From contig NC_135805.1 in the NCBI RefSeq assembly GCF_964213995.1, forward strand, positions 45,632,001-45,696,000: a stretch of DNA of 64,000 nt, given 5' to 3'. This DNA comes from Mustelus asterias (Eukaryota). Under the pieces are notes generated by a model. The model saw only the letters and a list, made by a program, of their open reading frames with translations, searched no databases and was not told where the DNA came from. The translations under genes and the position numbers were made by a program. Every line of letters begins with the position of its first letter. The stretch's first letter is position 1. Below, in pieces: positions 62,449-64,000 of this stretch.

Positions 62449-64000
62449 GTGAGTGCAGTGAGATCGGTTGATTCATTCGGGTGTGTTTTTTTGGACATAT
62501 TTTGATTTAGCCTTCATTGTAACAAGGTTTGTATATTGTTTGCGACAACAGCAATGAAAGTGAAGGCAGCCAGCAGCCCTCCAGGCTGTCTGCGTATAGC
62601 TTTTTAGCATTAGTCCAATTTAAAAAAAACTTAGCTCTGGAGCTCCCAACACAGTTTTGTGCCAGCAGCTGGCTCATAATGCAAGGTTGTTTGGGATAAG
62701 AATAAATAAAACTTACTTATCCAAAGAGAATATAATCCTTCTGTTTGCATACCTGGCGCAGCGTCACGCTGTAGCAGTGCAGTCAGCGGCTGCTAAAGCC
62801 TGGCATTGCATTGGGAGTGGGTGCTCCCATTCCCGGCAAAGCTCACAATCTGCCTCAGTGTGACCGCTGAGGGAAAAGGAGGCTAACAGCTTCGGTGCAT
62901 GTAGTGCTCCTTGGGCACCCTCACCAACGATCCGTTGATTTAGAACAAGCATTAAAGAGCAGATAAAACATCTGCTAAGATCACATAGCCCTCCTGCCCT
63001 CTACCACAGCCAGAAAAGGGCACAGCTGGCAATGTCTCGCCATGTAATCCTGCTGTATGAGGAGGAACACCCAGGGCTGGGTGAATTATGTACGTTGTCC
63101 TATGTGCAGAATGACTACTGCCCTAAACTTTTATTGATATAAAATGATATCAGAGGTCACGGGAGTATGACAATTAGCCACAATGCACCAAAGTGTTTGT
63201 CAAAGGCTGTGTTTGCTGCCAGTGTCCTGCATGTTCTGTTGCTCCCCCTACATCACAGCGAGCAATGGAGCTGGCTGCGGCCAGGAGCAAAAGTAGTGCC
63301 ACAGATGTGTTTTCTCCCCTTGATCCGAGTTGTTTTATTGGACACATCCGTTACTTTCACCCTACATCTTAACTTTGTATTAAGGCAACATTCACATTCA
63401 TCATTCCCTATCCATGTCAATTCATTTTTTTATAGGCACGTAAGTAAACGGTAATGCTTTGCTCAGGGACTGCATCCCCAAAAACGCATATATATATATA
63501 TATGTATCTCGGAAGCATAAAAATCAATGTACACAATCATTCTATATATTTATAGTTCACAGAGATTTATTATTTTCAATGTGCGCTACAACATAAACAC
63601 ATTACTATATCTGTTTGATACTGCAAACCACACATACCGAAAAGGTCGTGGAAGCTGAGTCTTTGAATATTTTAAGGCAGAGATGGTTAGATTCTTGGTA
63701 AGCAAGGGGGTGAAAGGTTGCTGGGGGTTGATGGGATGCAGATTTACACTTGGTCTTGTTGAGTAGTGGAGCAGGCTTGAGGAGTCAAATAGCCTAATCC
63801 TGCTGTTTGTTTGTACCTATGTTTTAAGTGTAACTGCATATCTTGGACTGTCTCGCCTGGTCTGCTCTGCCATACATAGGTTCTAGTTGACGTTTCACAA
63901 CTGTATTTCAGCACATGAATATCGGTTTCTTTAACCTCAGTTTATCATCTTTCAGTAGACTTGCTCTCATTGAGGAGTCTTTCACGCCTAAGACTAATCT

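Overview
AT-rich, repeat-dense vertebrate DNA, most likely from a shark or other elasmobranch (HE1/V-SINE-like, Deu-SINE-like and CR1/HER1-like repeats dominate). The main feature is a spliced + strand gene that the ORF track only shows in fragments. Fifteen GT-AG exons from 6349 to 51793 join in phase into one reading frame of at least 1689 aa; its 5' end lies upstream of the window. It encodes about 1314 aa of helical (spectrin-like)/coiled-coil and low-complexity sequence fused in frame to a complete but divergent 375-aa actin domain ending in HRKCF*. The actin part has no start codon of its own and carries six introns, so it is not a simple retrocopy. Downstream lie the first coding exon of CFAP206 and an RFX/FOXJ1/CCAAT promoter. 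Introns and spacer contain an antisense LTR retroelement 5' end (tRNA-Ser PBS, splice donor, gag-like ORF), a Gypsy 3' end, many CR1/L2/Rex1-like LINEs, three SINE-LINE tail partnerships, tiny Penelope-type inserts carrying minimal hammerhead ribozymes, and a structured module in a CR1 3' UTR. Family names and homologies come from recall, not database searches; repeat boundaries are approximate.
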